This document shows positions 38,318 to 52,241 of a stretch of 64,000 nucleotides of DNA, piece by piece; the stretch's first letter is position 1; every line of letters begins with the position of its first letter. Under the pieces are notes generated by a model. It was not told the DNA's origin. It ran no database searches and saw only the letters and a program-made list of their open reading frames with translations. Origin of the DNA: Nemertoderma westbladi (taxonomy: Eukaryota > Animalia > Xenacoelomorpha). The translations under genes and the position numbers were made by a program. The DNA is taken from positions 62,001 through 126,000 of the forward strand of contig JAUCBJ010001142.1 of the NCBI GenBank assembly GCA_032718475.1, read 5' to 3'.

Positions 38318-39981
38318 TATATTAGTTAGCGTCTTTGGACGATTATACTGTAGTACTGCACCTTGTTTTTTTTTTATTACACATTAACTGTCTCTCCAGT
38401 AAAGTTAAACAAATTAAGTATACTCAATCAAAAGTAAGTTATTTAACAATCAAACGCTGTTGCTTGATCATCATTCCTTGAAGACTTTAGCGTAAAACCA
38501 AATAATATAAATGCTACCATGTCTAACTGAGATTATTTAAATTTTTAATCATAAAAGATCCAGCTGATACTATAATATTATTATTATTTTTTTTTATTTA
38601 TTCTACCCTGTTTATTTAATCTATGTATGTAATATTTTACTTCTGATCTTTGGCGGATCATTTTACTGTACAGTATGTGCCGGTACTTATAGTATTAGTA
38701 TATAGTATTGATATATTTGTTTTATATTTTATGTATCTTTTGTATCTTTTACTATATGTATATTTATATATTTGGTTTTTAATTTAGTATGACTTGGATA
38801 TTACAAAAAGTACATAGTAGCCTATTCATATTATAGATTATATTATTATTATTGTTATTGTTTTATGGATTATTCTACTTTAGCAATTTAGTTCCAACGT
38901 ATTTGTCATTAGTGAATTCTCGATATTTGTTCGTTTGTTAGATAATCAATATAGTACATACAGTATTAATTGTAGGCCTTTAATATTTAGTAAAATATAA
39001 TACTTAATATATTTATTAATTCAAAGATCTGAAGAAATTGGAAATTACTTAAATTCACTATTGTACAAACCCGCCTAAACAGCAAAAAATTATATATAAA
39101 TTATAAAAGCACGTGTATTTTAAATATTTATGATTAGATGTGATTATACAGTATAATGATTATATAACAATAGTATGATGTACATATTTTTTAATAGTAG
39201 GCCCTATAGAAATGGAAATGGAAATTGACTACTAAGTAAAAACACAGTTAAACATCACACTACTAAAACGAACCGTTATTAAAAGCTTTCTCTTAAAAAA
39301 ATGATCTCTAAAAATGCCTTCTAAAATGACTCTTTCCTTACCTATATGCTAAGAATTGGGGTAGGCCTACAGGGGTTGTTTAACTACGTATCTGTATTAA
39401 TCTGTCATATCTATGACATTTGTAACCATGCTGAATATTTATGACGTAAAAAATATAGAAATTAAAGTGTAAACATTAAAAATTTTAAGGAAATTAATAT
39501 ACAGTAGGCCTATTAATTAATAAAAATATAAACAGTAATTAGGCCCTATGTATGTATGTACGGTATGCAGGTATGTACAGTATGTATTTATTTATTAAGT
39601 TTATTATTTCTGTATTTCAGTATTTATTTTGTTGAATATTGAATCCGGTAATCCAGTAATCAATACAGCAATAGCTGAATAGGTTCTTACTACTGTACTA
39701 CAGTCAGACAGTACTACTACAGTACTACATGTACAGCATATAGTACTGTATAAGTATAATATATTATATTATATACTATAATAATTTATTGTTAAAGTTA
39801 TATTTTAAAATTATGTTTTTATCAATATCAATATAATATTTTTACTATAATTATACTGTATATTTATTTTACTTAAATTACTCTGTGGTGCCTCATGCAC
39901 GGCTGAGTGCATTTTATTGCCCTATGTACCGGTAATATTTCTTGTATGTGAAAATTTTAACTGATGTGTCATTAAATCAAA

Positions 39982-41371
39982 TCAATTCAATTCATTCAAT
40001 TCAGCAGTACAGCTGCCTAGGCATCCGCTTGACACTTGAGCTCCGGACGTGGACGTGGATTGACCGTTATCTGAGCGTATAGGCCTCGTTGTTTCGCCGG
40101 GACTGTCCGTGGTAGTAGATCGGCCGGTGGTGTTTCCGGGGGAGGCGCCGCCGATAAATAATACCTCCCGCACCTCGCGGACAAGGGGGTCCATTGGTGC
40201 CAACTTGCGCTGGGCTGGGAGTGCTACCGGTGCCAGCGGTGTCACAGACACGATGTGGATAGTGGGGGCCGAGGGTAGCTCTTCCCCTACTACCTGTCCG
40301 GGTTTCAACCACCCCACCACGAACCAGCCGCCGCCGAACTCGCACTGATGGCGAATAATGCCCTTGCTCGCCCTTGGAAGACCCTCCGTATCGTATGTCG
40401 TTACGCTGCCGGCGAGCGACGACTCCGTCACAAACAGTTTCGTGAACGCCCGCGAAACGAAGGGCTCCACATCTAGCCCCCCCAGCTCCGGGGCAGAGAT
40501 TCTGACCTTGAAGGCCCAGGCCGGCTGGGACGCGGTGGTCCAGCAACTGCAGTTCAGTCCCTTCTGAGAATCGCAGAAGGGGCCACGACAGACCGCGTCC
40601 GCGAACTCCACCCGCCGCACAGAAATGTTTTTTGTAGAAACAGAAAAGGAGGCGAACTTTGTGGAGTCGTACACCGGCCGAATCGCGAACACCTTTGAAT
40701 CGGTCGGAGAATCCGACAGGGGAAGAATGACCTCCTCGGTTGATACAACCGCGAAGTTTTTCTCCCCCTCGAACTCCGGGTTTAATATAGCGACCGTGCT
40801 GCCAACGCGCATGCGGCTGGCGAAATAGAGCAGTCTGGAAAACTCCGTCGGGCGTCTCATGATTACTGCGAACACCTCGTTGGATGCGAGACATCTAAGT
40901 AATTCAAAAAAATTGTTTATATATAGTTTGTTTGTAGGCCTAGTAGTTTATAGTGTTTATAGTTAGTATAGTAGTTTATTGTTTGTAGTAGTTTATATTT
41001 TTATAGTATTTTGAAACAGTTGAGTTAGCTACATTATAATACACAAATTTTTATATTATAATATCCAAATTGCTTTTTACAATTAGAACAAAATTTATAG
41101 TATATTAATAGTAGTACCGGTAATTGTTAGTAGTAAGTACTGAAGTGTATTTATTTTTATAGATTAATAAAAAGTAGTAAATTTCAACAAACCTGCAGAA
41201 TATAAGTCTAGAATAAGTTAGTTCTTTCTTAGCTATCTTATGGCCGCCTCTTTTTGCTACAGCCACGGTTCCCGGTTTCGCCACATTTAATATCTGACAT
41301 GATATATCGTATATCATCTTCCTCGTTTTCGCCACCAACGAGTTGCGGGACGGAAATAGTGGCAAACCCAT
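39982..41371 (-). CDS. Hypothetical spliced protein, join(41371..41193, 40894..39982), ~363 aa, with a C-x4-C-x7-C-x-C cluster; probably mobile-element-associated
   Basis: The GT..AG intron 41192..40895 joins ..ELTYSRLIFC(R) in frame to CLASNEVFAVIMRR.. (179+913 = 1092 nt). Exon 2 is a GC-rich island in very AT-rich DNA. Start codon uncertain. Confidence 0.7.
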
Positions 41372-44300
41372 TTCCTAACAATATTCCGATATTGGCTTCC
41401 ACATTTATTCCCTTCCAGATGGCCAATGAATAGGATGTCGGCATCTAAATTAGAAAACAATAACAAATTGCCCCAATAAGTATACTTACTCACATCACTA
41501 TTATGATCATGTAAATATATTGTGATTTATAGTATTTTGTACAGCGATAAAAATGGTGGAAAGAACTTTCAAATAACAGTAAGTAAAAGTTAACAATTTA
41601 CATTATTTATGCCGTATTTATTTATAAGAACTTATTTATAAGGTATATTAACTAATAAATGGATCGGTAATGGTAGTGGAAGTCTTATTTTATTCCGATT
41701 GTATTGTACTTAATTTAATACATAACGTCTTACATAACATACCTAAATTATTAGATTCCATTTTAAAAAGGCAAATTAATAAGTATTAATTTTGCACTAT
41801 ATATATATTTAATCTTTAAATAATAATAACAATACTGCATATGAAGGAAAATAATATTTTAGCAACTTACCTTTGATATTGAATACAGTTTTTGATACAG
41901 CAATTGATATGTATTTCCTCCGCTTTGATAATATTAATTTACTCGCTGTAAGGGTTAGAGATTAAGGCTTAAGATTTAACTAAACAAAAGTCCTAATTAT
42001 TACGTTTGTATACTTAGAAAGTTAACCTAATTAATTTAATTAATATAAATAAGTTTTAACTAAATAATGTCTCTGTTATAATTGTAATTCTGTATTTTTA
42101 GGATTAAATTACCGACGTACTAGTTAAATCCGAAACAAACCACTATGGATATCATGTACATCATGTTCTTGTTAAAATACGCAAACGTGTTCTACATAAT
42201 TCTAGAATATATCTATCATACCATCTCGATATCAGGAATACACATTATTATGTTATATTATGAATGCATATGAAATATTTATTACTATTTTACTCTAGTT
42301 ATTTTTTTATTATGTAAATGTAAAGGACAGATTATCAAAATTTATTATTTGATTATTTATTATTACTATTTAAATATTAATTTATAACTATAGTCTGAGA
42401 GTGTAATAACTATTTACTTACTTGTGTGTAAAGTAGCACTTTACAGTGTGATGATCTGAGTGGCTTTGTTACACGAACGAACGTTAGTGAGTGAGTGAAA
42501 ATAGAGCCACGAGGATCAGAACACTGTAAAGTACTTCGCAACAAGTATGTATGTAGTTTTATTCCAAAATTTTAACATTACGAAATGATTGTATATATAT
42601 TATAAGTGATAGAAACTGCACAAATTAAATTAGTTGCTGTATAAATAAATGTAAAAATGACATAAATTATGTTATAAATAAGTTAGCTTATATTTATGGT
42701 GGCGTTTGGAGCCATGTTATAATAATATAGCTAGGCCCTACTGGTTATTAATAGGTATACCCCTCCTACCGATAGGTAATGCAGTAGGTCTATCTGGCTT
42801 TCAGGCAAATACCACCTATCGTTTACGTGGTAACCCATAACGATGTTAAGTAATGTCCACTAAGGGGACATTACTTTAACTACTAACACCAAATACAATA
42901 CTAAATGTACAGGCCAATACAATGCTGTAATGTCCTCTAAAGTTGTAAAATGCTAAATAACAACTCGCTGTTAATACTAACGGCGTTGAGTAATGTTACA
43001 ATTTAGGAATAAAATAAATCATGTCTTTAATTTATAAACCTATCAATCGTAAAGTAGGTTTATCGTTATGTCTACCAAAAGTAATATAACACACAGTGCT
43101 CTTATAATCATTGTTGTTTAACGTTGTAACTAGCAATAATACTACAGATCTGTAATTATACTGTACTACAGACCGGGGGGGGGGGGGGGGGGGGTGGGTT
43201 AGGGTTACACACCCGCCTTAGCGAATATATATTTTCGCATAGGCGACTGAACAATATTAAGTTAATTTCCCCTGAAGGATATTGAATTTTGATTATGTCC
43301 ACGTCCAGAGTCCCCCCTATCTGACTACCATAGCAACATAGTTTCCGACTATAGACTATCATGTAATGTACACAGTTCTAGAATATTTGTATTATAACAA
43401 CAACATAGTCAAATGATTAACATGGCCTAATTCAGAAAATATACCGGCACGTTAAATTTCGTCCTTTGTATTAATTAAATTATTAAATATAAAATAATAA
43501 CAAAGTAGAAAATCCCACGTAATGCAATCCTCAACTAACATAACATTACAATCGTTAGTCTACCAAAACACACAATTTGTCTGACATGGAGATTATTTAG
43601 CCTACCTCAGTAATGGTGTCGTCGGGGGGGGGGGGGCTTTAGTATCAGAAACTTAATCGTTTTGTTCTTTATGCACTTTAATAATATGACGTCTTAATTT
43701 ACTCCCCTTCTGTATGTGGCACATTCGATAAAGGAAAGCGTTTGTAGTAAGTAATCTTGTTTTTGAATGAATGAAATTAATGAATCAACATATAAATGGC
43801 AAAACTAGTACCGGTACATTGTATCATTTTTACATCTATTTTTGTTATTAAACGGCAGGTGGGACAATTAAGTTTGCAAAATAAATTTTTTGTGAAAATA
43901 TTTTAAAATGTTTTGTTATCGTTTATTTTATAACCTGTTTTATCCCAATTTAGAAATTTTCAATTTATCCTAATTTATACTACTTTATTATTTTAAATAT
44001 TAATTAAATATAGTTTATAATAAATTTTATATTTTATTACTTATAGGCCTATATAACATACGGTAGGCCTACATAAGCATACAGTACGTGTACACCCTAC
44101 AATCAGTGTTGTTCGACGTTGTCACGGGCAGCAATTAATACTACAACTCGAACTCTAGAATATATTATATTGCCATAGCGACATACATTATTTGTATATT
44201 GGTTAAACTAAATGCTTTAAATATGTTTTTAAACACTATCAAGAGTGTAACTATTTATTACAGGATAATTATTAAAATAAACTTATTTGTACATTATTTA

Positions 44301-47300
44301 TTTGTAATGTTACTGCATTTTATTTATATTTCTGCCGCATTAAGGCCACTACGTGGTTCCCTGTCATATTAGACAAACCCGCCGCCCGCCCACAATTTGT
44401 AATCTTAGCCGCTATACGAAAAATTAAATTTGTACTGAAAAGGTACCGTGTCTAACAATACCCACCCCCCGCCCATCGTGTGTCATTCGTGAAGGCAATG
44501 GTAATTAAGGCTAAAACAAACATCTATACGATTTTCCATTTGGTATAACTATAATATTGTCTCGGTAAATTAATTGTTAATTTGACAACCCCCCACCCAC
44601 CCTGCAATGCTTTGCAGATGTAACCAGCCCTGCGCTATAATGGCGATGGTAAAATATAACATTGTTCGACATAACTGGAAGCAATACTATGTTTTCCACT
44701 TAGTTTTCTATCCGAAATACACAATGACGTTACGTCAGCGAATTCTTGAGTTTCTCGGACATATAAATGCTCGGTAATTGGGAATTATTCATTTATTGAG
44801 TTTGAGAAGTTATTACATTTTAAAGAAATTCGGCGATCAACCAGATTCAAGCGAACCATCAACACTTTTTAAGGTTCACCAATAATTCATCCACTATGTT
44901 GTGTCGAAATAAATCTACACGATAAACGATCCCTCATAACTTATCACAATTTACAATGTACTTGTCTCGTAAGTACTGAGAGACCTCCCTTTTGATTGGA
45001 TATTGCAGTTATATAGAAGAGTATATAATGCTTTTTAGTATCGGGATCGGCCCATTAATCTAACCAAAATATGAAAATAAGATAATTGTAGAGATTTCAT
45101 TAATTATATTTTCAAATCAACATAATACAGGATAATAATTACTAAACATATTTCATAGTAATTACATATGCATGCACAAACGTACAGTATTAATGTACGT
45201 GTGAATCAGTTTATTTTAATATAAATACTTATTTAAACATTTATATTTATAATGCTTAGGATTTTGAATGTAAACTTGAAAACTAATATTTTTATTTTAA
45301 ATGTGCCCTACTCAAAAAATGTAACTGCACATTAATTAAGAAAGTCTTCATCCATACTGCATTATAAATCATGTTATTAAACATAATGATAAAAAGTAAG
45401 TAAATAACAAATAAAACTGCTGCGATTTCGGAATTAAGTTTTAATAGAACAATAAAATTAGTTTCGAATTATATGGATCATCAGCGTAATAGCTGAAGGG
45501 TGAATTAGTTAGCACAGCATTATGTAATAGGTAGGAGAGATATATGTTGTTTTTATGTAAGTAATTTTTGCGGTATGAAAACAATTATTATTGGCATAAG
45601 CAGTATAGTATCAACCATGACAATATTACAATTAAAACATGTTCTTTATTGACCGAGAAAATAAAAGTCTTAAAACTTTTAAATGATTTAATTGCAATAC
45701 CGTGCAATTGGTCTACAGAAAATTAGTTAGCAATAGCTACGGATTGGGGTTTATCCAAAGCTATTAAAACTAACTTCGTAGTTTCTGATTAAACACACAT
45801 AGTTGAGTATTATCCGCTCTACCGCAACATTGGGACATGGGTTGGTGCGCATTGTCTTAATGTGACATGAATAGGATTTATTATTAGTATTTGTTAGTGT
45901 TAGTTAAAGTTAGTTATAATAATCCGACGTAATGGGATATGGATGCGTAATGATTGGACCAAAATGCGACATAGGTGGGTAAAGATTTGTCCAAAGGGAC
46001 ATGATGGGTGGATATTGGACAATGTAGACTACAGTATGATTATTCTTGAACACAAAAATAGGAAGTAGGCCTACAATAGCAATGAGAACACAACTCGTTA
46101 TTTGGCATAGGATGGGTGTGGCATCACAATGCCTCATAACCAATCATGTTTGTTTTTAGTGGAGATGTTTAAATTTTAGTAATAGTAACCATAAATGGGT
46201 GTTACTATACTCCAACAATACTCACTATACTACTGTTTACTATTGAATGGGTATGTTGATATTAGTAGGCCTATGTACATTAAGTACTAATGAATATTGC
46301 TATATTAGTATTAATTGTAAGTACTGCAGTAATGGGGTGTTGATATTAATTACATAATGGATGGTCGTAGGCTTGTGTGCTGAGTTTTTGCGAGAGTTTA
46401 TTTAGTACATGAAGTACTTGTGAAGTGTTTATAATAAGTAAAATAAGTACATTTTTTGAGGTGTATAAATGTAGTCCTACACAATTATTTTACTTGCAAA
46501 CAGCGAAACGCGGGTGTCTGTAAATTGTAGACGAAGACCACGCACTGCATACAGAGAGAGGACATGAGTTACAGTCTACGCCACAAGACACCGAAATTTA
46601 GTTTCAATTTTATTTTCGATTTAACGGACAACACTAATCCTTATTATTGATTGACCGGTAGAGAAGGCCTATTTATTATATTAGGCCTATTGTATAGGGC
46701 TAAGTAATAATTATTGATTGCTGTTTGATGTAGATAGTTATTATGTATTATTACCTACCTTTTAAAGTTCAGCCTAGCGACAAATGAATAAAAATATATT
46801 GGTATAAACAAATAATGGAAGGTGAAGAATAAATAGTAATAATTAATAAATTAATTAATGCAGTACAGATTCCAAATATTGTTACATTCTGTTGAGTTAC
46901 TAATTGCATTTCTCATATTTCAAATGTGTTCAACACATTCATTGTACTGTACATATTCCAAGCACGAACGTACATTTTACAGCATATTTGCACGTACATG
47001 CACGTACATACATTAGGGATGGGTCGAACAAATTTATTTCCAAATTGAATTGGCTGGAATGGAATAAAACACACAACAAAATTTATTAATTTTGTATAAA
47101 GGAAGGAACACCATCCGCAATTAGCACACAATGTGCCAAATGTTGGTGATATACCGCATTGCGGTTATAACCGCTTTTAGTGATGATAATATTGTAGTAC
47201 CTTCTCATATTCTATTGATCTTAGTTAGGTCTCATTGGAACCGCAATGATCAATTTAGTTGGAGGGGTTTGTGTCTACTTACACTAAATTGATGATATGA

Positions 47301-49834
47301 TTGCGGTTCTAATAAGCCCAAGTAGATTGCATAATAAAACTAGTGTGCATGCATAGTAAACAAACTTACTGTAGTATGGTACTATTATAGTGTATAAAAT
47401 ATACTAAAAGTATAGTGTACTATGAATACTATAAAAGTAATATGAGTAAAATATAAATGACCCCATGATATCCGTACATATTGACTTGTAAATGACAACT
47501 TTTTCTTTAAATTATTGTTTTCCTACATGTAGCTATCTATCCTGAGATAACCATATCAATCTTAGTATTAAAATCTACCAGAAAGGTAAACATGTCATCA
47601 TGGGGTCATTTGATAATATTATTAATAACAACAAAATATAACAGTATGTCTCCTTTACAATGCATTATAGTACAGCAGATCATACAAATAACTCCAGCTT
47701 AATCTAGACTTGTAAACCTTACCAAAGGCCGGGATTTTATATTTAATATTATTTTAAATCAGTATTTTTTATTGGAGTTATAATTACTATAAGATAAAGT
47801 AAAGGAGACTATCATATAAAACTGTTACGCAACACGGCGGCTACCAGATCATATAATTGGTATGTTAATTACCAGGGTGAGTGGATTATAATATATACGA
47901 TGTTTCTAAAAGTATACCGTATTGGTACCGGTACCGAAGGCTCCTTTCGATAGCTGCTACCCGAGAGTAATAAGGCTGGGCGCTACTCCCATCCCTTCTA
48001 CTCCCAGCTATTCGTAAAACACGGTACCTACTTACGCAACACGGCAATATTAACAGACCAAACATTTAATAATATAATATTAACTAGGCCAATGTGAGTG
48101 CGTAAATAGGATACGGTATTAAAAATGAGATTATTACTAAAATTATATACCGTATATTGGTAGCGATACTTAAAGGAATATGGCGTAAGGCGTAATATTA
48201 TAAATGTACTGTTTTACAGCACATACCTTAAAGAATTAAAATAAACAACAAATTAATATTCGATTTTAGGTTTATGGAAAAATAGTACGTACGTACCATT
48301 GCGTTCGACGAATTTTTAAATTAATTTGACAAAAGTGTGCCATATTTTTTATATTTGTGATCCAAAGCCTAAGAATCATTAGATCACAGTTAGTTTAGTA
48401 AATAGTTAGTTTAAAGTAAATAATCAGTAAGTATAATTGATACCAATTGAACGTGAACGACTGAGTATAGAGTGAACTCTAAAAAAATAGTTAAAATAAA
48501 AAAAAATAGTGTTTTTGGAAAAAATTGTAAAAAATATGGCAGCAGATTTTAATATGAAATATATAGAGGCGCCTGCGTTGCATGAGTCCCCAGCTGGTAG
48601 GAATAAAAACAATGCGTAATAAGTTTGGTGTACATGTTGAGATAAAGGACATAAAATAATAGAGATAAAAGTAAATAACAGACAGAGGCAAATGTCTGAT
48701 TTACAGGGAGTGCCAAAATAAAGTTACTGTTTTATTTTCACAATTTTGGAGGCTAAAGCCAAAACGAAAATTCAAACTTCGATGTCAAATTTTCGTCCAT
48801 AGAAATAGAGTGATACATTTTTCAGACACTATAACAGTCTAAGTCAAGGAACAATATTATAAAACAATTCCCGAGGCGGGAAAATTCCTACCTGAAAAGA
48901 ATTGAAAAAATATTACATCCTTGAAAAAGACTGTCTTTCTAAAGCAACATACTAACTAGACTCTATGAGTGGGGTTATCCATATTAAATTATACACCAAA
49001 CTTATTAATTGCAAAGATATAATAGAAATTAACTATTCTAGATAATTAAATAAATAATTTGTGATGGGACTACGTCAATGTAATAGCCTCCAATCACCCC
49101 TGGATAGCCATCACTATACAATATGTTACTAGTTCGCCCACAATTTTATATATTTTGTCTCATTAAATTCAATCTAGAATGTAGATAATATACAAAAGCA
49201 TCTGTTTTTATTCGTAACAGATTGAACGCTGTGTGTAATGTTCGGATTAGAGGAGAAACATGTGGCAATTCTAAAAAAGGGTGGAGTTAATTTTTTTTTT
49301 TGAAATTGATATTATCTGAATAGAAAACAAGTAAATAGAGTGATTCAGTTGTTCATTCAGAGTTTGCTTTTTTCATAGGCTATATGTGATAGTAATCTAG
49401 TAGTAAACAAATGATTATTTCGTTTTTAACTCAAGTTTAATAACTTTGAAAATGAGAAAATGAAAATTATAAAAGAGTGGAAGATCACCCATGGTGGTAA
49501 ACATTTTTTAGGCATTCCCTGTTTTAGTGTAAGCCTAAAAAATTCTCCCATTCAATGTCAGTAGTTCATAATTAGTCTATTTGACTCATTTATTTTTTTG
49601 TAAATATGTTACTTATTTATTACGAACGAATGAAGTGGTAGGCATATGTTTATTTTTTCTATCATCTTTACTTATTTATTGCAAGTCAAATTTAAATTGC
49701 ATTGAGCACGGATAAAAAAAATTGATATAATACGTTTATTTTTACATCAATCGTGTGTTTTCTACTTTGTGCAATATTCCAAGAGGTAAAAATGACAATT
49801 TTGAAAAAAATAAATTACACTCCACCCTACCTAC

Positions 49835-52240
49835 CTACTGTGTTGTCATTTGCACAAGTGTAAGAGTGTCGAACAGTATGTGTAGTAGTGCGTCTTGTGC
49901 AAACTGCAGGACTTGGGAACTATTTAGACCATCGTGTAATGATGATGTAATATAGTTCCTCAAGACCTGCCTGTGTGTAATGTTTTGTGGGTGACGCCCC
50001 CCACCTGTAAATCCTGTAATATAAAATAGTACGTACCACCTACCCAGAGGCCTACAGTAATTAGATTGAACCACACCCTCGGAATTGTGTTTGCGAAGCT
50101 GTTTTTTTAGGTTTTCAGCTTCGCCTATGTAAGTAGTACCTGGTTCATCTATGGACTCAAGGCAGTAGACAAATCCCGTAGATGTGTTAGGGATCAGTCT
50201 ACGATATGGAGGGATGGGGTTATCGGCCGCTAAATTTATTAAATTATCGCGTATGATGGGATCCTTTAGACAATCCCTTTTGTCAATCATGCGGTTGGTG
50301 AGAACCGCATAACAAGACGGCACCTTCAATAAGGAACGGATTGCCTTAAGGGTCTCATCAAAGTTTCCAACAAACATTAGGTCATCCAAAGTACGGACCC
50401 TGGATACCAAAACTAATAATTGTTCCTTGAGCCATAGAATCCAGATGTTGTCCCGTAGTGTTTTTTAGATTTAGGATTACGTACATAGCCTATTTGAGTA
50501 GCTACTTTGCCACATGTTTCTCCCATAACCCTGTAGTGAGTCATGGCCGTCACATGAAGTAGGGGCCACTGTTCTCGGTGGGCCTTTTGTTGGTGAATAC
50601 CTACTTCAATGTCAACAGACACATGTCGACGTAAAGATATCAGTGGATAGTGACTGACATTGTTTACGTCGATATGTATCTCTTGTAGCGGCGCTAGACG
50701 GACTATCACTCGCTGTTCCTCCAATGGATCAGTGTCCACTGGAAGATCCTCAATTACCACCAATTGCCCCTGTGAAAAAGTATGCCCCCCAACTTTCCCA
50801 TTGTATGTTAATCTCATGATCCCTCCCTTATGGATAAATAATTCCCTTTTTTCTAGAACATTTTTTGTTAGTGCGTTTGAAACCCTTGGTGATGCAGCCA
50901 GCCAGTTATTAATCCCACATTTCATACTATCCATGCTTGTGTATGTACTCCCCTCCACGCCTGTTTGAGATTTTAATTTTGTGAGGTAGATGTCAGTGGC
51001 ATGCTCTTCGGCTCTGCGTGTTCCCAAAATTGAGGTGTACTCAGAAGGAACATCCTCCCACGTTGGTACGATGTGTCTCTCGCACCGTCTACGAAAGATG
51101 GAAATAACTGACTCAACCTCCTCGTCGTTCAGCGACGGACGTCTCAGTAACTCGAGCAAGTCACGGAGGTCCGAGTCACTCGCTGAACGAACGTATTGGT
51201 TGAGTCTTGCTATCCTGAAGGTGGTCATAAAGTGGGGTGACAGCCAGATGGGAAGTCCCGATATAGGTGGCAACTGTGCCGGGTCGCCGCTGGCGATTAA
51301 CAGAGTGCCACCGAACGGAACATCCACATCCTTGACCTTTCGGAGGACGTGATCTAGTACGGCAAAATCTTCTGCACTAAACAGGCCGATTTCGTCGACT
51401 AGAATCACGTCCACACGCTGCAGGACTGCCATCCCCACTTTACTCCTCGCTAGGTTAAGCAGGCTTTCCTCGGCTAACCTGCCTACTAGCTTTTTACCAG
51501 CAGCAGTTCCATAGCGCCCCAAACTAAGGAACCGGTGGTAATGGATTCCACCTAAGACGCGGGATCTCCGGCTGGTGAGGGAAATAAGGGCAACTTTTAA
51601 ATTCCGGGCTAAGGCATGTGCGCCTGCTGTCAGGAGTACGTGAGTCTTCCCTGTCCCCGGAGCGCCTACAATAACCGGAGATTCGACAAATCTTGTTGTT
51701 GGATCTTTGAGTTTGTCGATAGATTGTTTACAAAGATCTAAACAAGCTCGTTGTTCCAATACTGAAGCTTCATTTTGTAACGGACATTGATTTATGACTG
51801 CTTCCCAGTCCTGTGGTAAAATGTTACCTGAAACTTGGCATAAGTTATCATCAGGGAGGTTATAAACCCCCTGTTCCCTGAAACCCTTTATTAAGTTGGC
51901 ATGGCGAGTAAATTCCTGACTTGCCAGGTCAGCTTCAGCTTCAGCTTGGAACAACGATTCCAACACCAAAGGCATGTTGGTATATTTCAGACCTTCCCCA
52001 GCCAAAAAGTGTTTAAGCGTGAAATTTGACATATTGAATAATTTTTCAAATTGTCTTGTGCTTATGGCTTTGTGCTGCAACTGTTTCATGACGTAATCAT
52101 GACGGAGTTTGAGGGATTCAGCTTCCGTCACATTACGCCAATCACCAACAAGTTTAGCACGCTGGAAACTTTCCAATAAATTTTGACAGGAATACAAATC
52201 AATTTCATTTGTAAAATGCCCCATTGATAAAAGGAGATCA
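49835..52240 (-). pseudogene. 5'-truncated Pif1-family (SF1B) helicase fused to a C-terminal GIY-YIG endonuclease; one frameshift near 50460
   Basis: Helicase motifs GAPGTGKT, ILVDEIG, PFGG..SGDPAQLPPI, LNQYVRS and QWPL..AMT. Adding one A at the A6 run gives KKTLRDNIWILWLKEQLLVLVSRVR (motif VI), continuing into GFVYCLES..TYIGEAENL...LRKHN (GIY-YIG). Confidence 0.85.
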
Positions 52241-52241
52241 G

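Noticed and set aside
40067-40894. 275-aa Arg/Gly-rich overlapping ORF
   Set aside because: Alternative frame of a GC-rich exon. Its ATG is just the first bases after the splice acceptor.
50455-50470. Programmed -1 frameshift between helicase and GIY-YIG at AAAAAAC
   Set aside because: The heptamer is not in the required phase (codons read TCT AAA AAA CAC), and the shift falls before helicase motif VI. A mutation or homopolymer error is more likely.
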